Origin: an uncultured Pseudomonadota bacterium
Lineage (GTDB): Bacteria; SAR324; NAC60-12
NCBI GenBank assembly: GCA_913020725.1
Contig: CAJWCD010000059.1
Coordinates: 1-21,153, forward strand
Direction: 5' to 3'
Length of the DNA stretch: 21,153 nucleotides
Below, piece by piece: positions 17,262-21,153 of the stretch (position 1 is its first letter; every line of letters starts with the position of its first letter). The notes under the pieces are model-generated. The model was not told the DNA's origin and searched no databases. It saw only the letters and a program-made list of their open reading frames with translations. The translations under genes and the position numbers were made by a program.

Positions 17262-17512
17262 TGTCACAGTTCACCTCTGAAGCGTTTACGCCAGCCACCA
17301 CACCCTCGCCCCTGCCACACGCTGTTCCGGTACGCGTGTACGGTCTGCTGGGGCGTTCCGGATTTATGACAATCACGATGGATCACGGTACACTGATCCG
17401 CAAGGATAGTTGTATTGCGCACGAGGAACAGCGCTACCGCATTGTCTCGGTCCTCAAGTTGCGTGAGGGAGGATATTGTGTCAATGTCGTTCCTGAAACT
17501 TACAACGTTTGA
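17258..17512 (+). CDS. Hypothetical protein, 84 aa (predicted beta-rich)
   Basis: ATGA coupling with the upstream gene and GGGGA upstream; alternating hydrophobic patterns (VPVRVY, YRIVSVL, YCVNVV). Confidence 0.6.
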   Translation: MMSQFTSEAFTPATTPSPLPHAVPVRVYGLLGRSGFMTITMDHGTLIRKDSCIAHEEQRYRIVSVLKLREGGYCVNVVPETYNV

Positions 17513-17576
17513 CGTGTATGGAACCGCGCATTCCATGCCTGTCACACCGAAATTTTTAGCAGAATACGAATCTGGC

Positions 17577-17618
17577 CTTGATTTTGTGATGGAAGAGCTT
17601 GATTTTATAATGGCAGAG
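17577..17618 (+). promoter_or_regulatory. 21-bp direct repeat overlapping a putative sigma70 promoter of module 2
   Basis: CTTGATTTTGTGATGGAAGAG / CTTGATTTTATAATGGCAGAG (18/21 identical); perfect TATAAT at 17606-17611; TTGTGA at 17584-17589 (16-nt spacer). Confidence 0.5.
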
Positions 17619-17684
17619 ACGGTATGGTTCTAATCTAATTTTATCCAGCCGTACTTGAACCCAGCAAATCTACGGAGACTTTCG

Positions 17685-19217
17685 ATGCAGACTCGAACAC
17701 TTTTACTCATTATCGCCACCACCTTTCTCCTCGCAGGCTGCCCGCCCGAGCCTAGTCCTCCCAAGGAAGAGGCCCCACCCGTGCAGGAAACTGCGGCCGC
17801 CGAGGAAGCAACTCCACCCGCGCAGGAAGTTGCGGCCACCGAGGAAGCAACTCCACCCGTGCAGGAAGTTGCGGCCACCGAGGAAGCGGCTCCCTTGGAT
17901 TTTGACTTGGACGATCTCGAAGCGGTTCGGGAATTGACCGATGCCGAGCGCAAGGAAGATACCGATTGGATTACGTCTCATGCCAACCGGATGGAGTTGA
18001 TCGAGCAACTGACAACGGAGGATGTCAAAGAACGTGAGGAGGTCGTTGAGGCGAAAGCGAAGGTGGACACGGCCAAGGCCGAACTAGACGAAGCCGTTGA
18101 GCAGATCCTCAAAAAACGGGCCGAACGCAAGGTCAAGAAGCTGTTTGAGGAAAAGATCGCAGGAAAACTCAAAAAAGACTCTAAGCTCACCGAGCAGGAG
18201 CTTAAAGAACTGCTGGTGAAGGCCGCTCAGGGTGAGTTGACCAAAGAGGAACTCAAGGAGGTGCTGACCAAGAAACTCGGACTCAGTGAAGAGGAGGTGG
18301 AAGAAATTGCCGCCGAAGGCCGGAAGCAGGCGCTTTTGGAAAAGGCACTTGAAGTGATCACGGATGAGGAATTGAAGAAAAAACTTCTCGAAAAAGCCGC
18401 CAAAGGGGAACTCACTGAGGAAGAACTGAAGAAAATTTTGATTGAGCAAGGTGGACTGACCGAAGAGGAAGTCGAGGAGATCGCCAAGCAAGGCGAGGAA
18501 AAGGCGCTTTTGGCCAAAGTCCTCAAGGAAACCACCACCCTGACCGATGAGGAAATCAAGGAAGTGGTCGCCGAGATTCAGCAAATCAAGCAGGAGACCG
18601 AGGAACTGCGCAAGCAAATCGCCGCCGCCACCTCTGCAGAGGAAGTCCAGAAGCTTCTTGAGGCCGCAGGCGGTTTGACCGCAGAGGAAATTGCCACCAT
18701 TGTCAAGCAGAAGGAAGAGGTGCTGGCACTGGAGCAGAACTTCTTGGAGAAGACCCTTGCGAAAATCTTCAGTCGGTTGAAGCGCAACCGGGAGTTGGGC
18801 ATTGACGATGCCTTCTGCACCAACCAGAAAGCTGCCCTAGACAGCTTGCTGGTTCGACCCTCGTACTTTGCAACAGATTCCTCCGTGATTGCCGAAGAAA
18901 CGCGTATCCGAATCGACTATGATTTCGGAGTGCTGGAAGCACCCTTGGACGAGTACCTAGACGAGTACCTAGGAGTGCTGCTGGTGCAGATTGAGGGCAA
19001 CGCCGACATTCGGGGCACCAACGCCTACAACAAGGCGCTGACTGAACGGCGCTGGACAGTTCCGATCCGGTTGCTCCGGAGCAAGTATTTTGGCAAGCGA
19101 GATCTGCGCGGCTTGAGCCGTGGGGAAGAGTGTCAACTTCCGGGAATCACTGGGGAGGTGTCCAAGAATTGGTGGAAGCGTAATCGCCGCACAGATTATA
19201 TCTTCAAGCTAAGGTAG
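17685..19217 (+). CDS. Very long Pal-like OmpA-domain lipoprotein with Pro/Ala/Glu repeats and E/K-rich helical repeats (module 2)
   Basis: ATG 17685 follows GGAG; MQTRTLLLIIATTFLLAGC lipobox; C-terminal YFATDSS...IEGNADIRGTNAYNKALTERR...SRGEE...WWKRNRRTD. Confidence 0.85.
   Translation: MQTRTLLLIIATTFLLAGCPPEPSPPKEEAPPVQETAAAEEATPPAQEVAATEEATPPVQEVAATEEAAPLDFDLDDLEAVRELTDAERKEDTDWITSHANRMELIEQLTTEDVKEREEVVEAKAKVDTAKAELDEAVEQILKKRAERKVKKLFEEKIAGKLKKDSKLTEQELKELLVKAAQGELTKEELKEVLTKKLGLSEEEVEEIAAEGRKQALLEKALEVITDEELKKKLLEKAAKGELTEEELKKILIEQGGLTEEEVEEIAKQGEEKALLAKVLKETTTLTDEEIKEVVAEIQQIKQETEELRKQIAAATSAEEVQKLLEAAGGLTAEEIATIVKQKEEVLALEQNFLEKTLAKIFSRLKRNRELGIDDAFCTNQKAALDSLLVRPSYFATDSSVIAEETRIRIDYDFGVLEAPLDEYLDEYLGVLLVQIEGNADIRGTNAYNKALTERRWTVPIRLLRSKYFGKRDLRGLSRGEECQLPGITGEVSKNWWKRNRRTDYIFKLR
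17775..17891 (+). repeat. Coding tandem repeat, 3 x 39 nt (PPxQExAAxEEAx)
   Basis: Units 17775-17813, 17814-17852 and 17853-17891 are near-identical at DNA level. Confidence 0.92.
18948..18971 (+). repeat. Perfect 12-nt tandem duplication (DEYL-DEYL) inside the OmpA domain
   Basis: GACGAGTACCTA x2, in frame. Confidence 0.9.
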
Positions 19218-19224
19218 GCAAACA

Positions 19225-19968
19225 ATGAACTTTCAGGATTTTATTGAGGCGGTCTTTCTCCACAGCGGCTTCATCACCCTCTCCGTCTTTCTGCTCCTGC
19301 TGGTGTTGTCCGTGGTCACTTGGGGGCTGATCGTTGCCAAGACGTTGCAGCTCAGGAACGAGGATGCCAAGGACAAGGGTTTTGTGGCGCAGTTCAATCA
19401 AGCCGAGAACCTCCACGACTTCAGCGCAATGCAACGGGAGCGCGGCCCCATCGACTACGATTTGGGCATTGTCTTTGATGAGACCATGCGCATTGTGGAT
19501 CGCTTCAAGCAGGAATTCCCGCGCATGAACTTCGTCGATCCTGTGATGGAGCCGGTCAAGGAGAACTTTGATCAAGTGGTGGGCCGCACGGTGGAGCGCA
19601 TTGCCTTGCAGATGCAGGAACGCCGCGACAAGCACCTCGCAATTCTGGGGACCACCTCCAACATCGCCCCCTTCCTTGGGGTGTTTGGAACAGTGGTGGG
19701 GATCATCAACGCCTTTGCGTTGATTGGGAAGACCGGCTCGGCGGACCTTGCAGTGGTCGCGCCAGCGATCTCGGAGGCCCTGATTGCAACGGCGCTGGGC
19801 ATTTTCGTGGCCATCCCATCTTCGGCGGCGTTCAACTTCTTTCAGTACCGCCTCCAGAATCTCTCTCAGTCCTTTGATCGCTTTGTCAATATCATGCTCA
19901 ACCGCATTCAGGTGGAGATCCTGCTCAAGGATCACCAAGGCAAGAGTACAATGCTGACGGATTTCTAG
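19225..19968 (+). CDS. tolQ: TolQ/ExbB/MotA-family proton channel (module 2)
   Basis: ILGTTSNIAPFLGVFGTVVGIINAF...VVAPAISEALIATALGIFVAIPS; N-terminal TM segment. Confidence 0.9.
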   Translation: MNFQDFIEAVFLHSGFITLSVFLLLLVLSVVTWGLIVAKTLQLRNEDAKDKGFVAQFNQAENLHDFSAMQRERGPIDYDLGIVFDETMRIVDRFKQEFPRMNFVDPVMEPVKENFDQVVGRTVERIALQMQERRDKHLAILGTTSNIAPFLGVFGTVVGIINAFALIGKTGSADLAVVAPAISEALIATALGIFVAIPSSAAFNFFQYRLQNLSQSFDRFVNIMLNRIQVEILLKDHQGKSTMLTDF

Positions 19969-19977
19969 GAGAATCCA

Positions 19978-20406
19978 ATGGGTGGAGGCAGCGGACCGTC
20001 CGGAGGTCGGAAGATTGTTTCTGAGATCAACCTCACTCCCTTGATCGATACCTTGCTGGTGTTGCTGATCGTCTTTATGGTCACAGCCCCCGCAATCTCC
20101 CGCACGGTTGGGGTGCGGCTCCCCAAGGCCAAATCCAGCACCGCACCCCGCGTCCCTTCTCCCTCTGCCGAGATCGACTTCCTGACGGTAGGACTTAAGC
20201 CTGACGGCGGGGTGGTTGTGGGAACTCAGGAATACTCCTTGGATGAGTTCTTTGAGCAGTTCCCCGGGCACGTCAAGGATCGGGAACTGGAGAAGATCTT
20301 TTTACAAGCCGACCGCACAGTGCAGTACGCGCAGCTTGTTAAGGTGATGGTGTACCTGCGTGACCAAGGACATGAAAACATCGGGTTGGTCTTTGAGGAA
20401 AAGTGA
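19978..20406 (+). CDS. tolR: TolR/ExbD-family protein (module 2)
   Basis: [42 protein letters not shown]...NIGLV; AGGAG RBS. Confidence 0.88.
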   Translation: MGGGSGPSGGRKIVSEINLTPLIDTLLVLLIVFMVTAPAISRTVGVRLPKAKSSTAPRVPSPSAEIDFLTVGLKPDGGVVVGTQEYSLDEFFEQFPGHVKDRELEKIFLQADRTVQYAQLVKVMVYLRDQGHENIGLVFEEK

Positions 20407-21153
20407 TCCTCCACCACAACGCCTTCAACCCGGTCCACCTCAAGGCATCGCTCAAGGCCGGGCTGCTGATCTCCTTTCTGGCCCACAGTGCCGTCGCAGG
20501 GGCGATGATGTGGTTTGGCAGCGGCGATCCCGCACAATCCAAGCAAGAGGAATTTGAGGCGCTAGAGGCGAAGTCCGTTGCCGTCAACGCACTTTCGGCG
20601 GATGAAGTCCGCGCCCTGATCGCTGCCCTCGAAAACCCAGACGCACCCACTGGGGAAGCCACTTCTCCGGGGACCGGAGGAGAACCCGAGACCACCTCTG
20701 CGCCTGCGGCATCGGCAACGGAAGCAACTCTTGCTCCCGCGCCGGAAGCGACCGCCACCAAGGTTGTCGAGCCAACCCCAAAACCGGAGCCTGCTCCCGA
20801 ACCGGAACCCGCACCTGTTGCTGAATCCAAGCCTGCACCGGAACCCAAACCCACTCCAGAACCCGCATCAGAGCCGAAACCGGAGCCTGCCCCCGCATCA
20901 ACTCCGGAGCCTGCCCCCGAACCAGAACCGAAACCAGAGCCTGCCCCGGAACCAGAACCCGCACCGACTCCGGAGCCGGTGCGGAAACCAGAGCCGAAAC
21001 CGGAGCCTGCCCCCGAACCGGAACCGGAGCCTGCCTCGGAACCGGAACCCGAACCAGCCCCCGAACCGGAGCCTGCCCCGGAACCAGAACCGAAACCAGA
21101 GCCTGCCCCCGAACCGGAACCGGAGCCTGCCTCGGAACCGGAACCCGAACCAG
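20403..21153 (+). CDS. TolA/TonB-like energy transducer, partial (runs off the right edge)
   Basis: Not in the ORF track. GTG 20403 overlaps the tolR stop: [39 protein letters not shown]..., a single TM with the SxxxH motif, followed by a long (PE/PA/PK)n linker open to the window end. Confidence 0.82.
   Translation, partial: MILHHNAFNPVHLKASLKAGLLISFLAHSAVAGAMMWFGSGDPAQSKQEEFEALEAKSVAVNALSADEVRALIAALENPDAPTGEATSPGTGGEPETTSAPAASATEATLAPAPEATATKVVEPTPKPEPAPEPEPAPVAESKPAPEPKPTPEPASEPKPEPAPASTPEPAPEPEPKPEPAPEPEPAPTPEPVRKPEPKPEPAPEPEPEPASEPEPEPAPEPEPAPEPEPKPEPAPEPEPEPASEPEPEP
20769..21153 (+). repeat. Low-complexity coding repeat (Pro-Glu/Pro-Ala/Pro-Lys) with a 96-nt higher-order period
   Basis: 21003-21057 and 21099-21153 are identical 55-mers; GAGCCTGCCCC and GAACC units recur throughout. 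Confidence 0.9.

Noticed and set aside
17415..17633. 72-aa ORF (or a shorter version from ATG 17535)
   Set aside because: It overlaps the upstream ORF, has no convincing RBS, and the region is better explained as an AT-rich promoter with a direct repeat; a small protein cannot be fully excluded.
17775..17891. 39-nt repeats as a possible CRISPR array
   Set aside because: Units are contiguous with no unique spacers, lie in frame inside a CDS, and no cas genes are present.
19204..20271. 355-aa minus-strand ORF
   Set aside because: Antisense to well-supported tolQ and tolR; explained by codon bias.
17685..21153. Calling module 2 an Agl-Glt gliding-motility motor
   Set aside because: Only one TolR is present per module (Agl has AglQ and AglS), and no Glt-type TPR, FHA or beta-barrel genes lie in the window.

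Overview
This is a gene-dense chromosomal window from a GC-rich, LPS-producing Gram-negative bacterium; the gene set is Deltaproteobacteria-like, possibly SAR324, which is an impression only. It is dominated by cell-envelope genes. There are two paralogous modules in opposite orientations, each made of a very long Pal/OmpA-domain lipoprotein, TolQ and TolR. Module 1 (minus strand, 7427-9663) has no TolA and runs directly into lpxB, followed by tldD-pmbA. Module 2 (plus strand, 17685 to the window end) continues into a Pro/Glu-repeat TolA/TonB-like gene that the ORF track missed. Other genes are a GT9 heptosyltransferase, a triple-LysM-like protein coupled to an Amidase_3 amidase whose N-terminus is its paralog, a HAD phosphatase, a small 4-TM cytochrome-b-like protein, a Leptospira-type citramalate synthase (cimA), a NadD-like/PncC(CinA_C) fusion, a GreA/GreB-family protein, an internally shortened Uma2 nuclease and several hypothetical proteins. 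Across the whole window the palindrome TCCGGA is strongly over-represented (about 54 copies by manual count, in all three codon phases and between genes), reminiscent of cyanobacterial HIP1. I saw no tRNA, rRNA, CRISPR array or mobile element. All family calls come from motif recognition by eye, with no database search.
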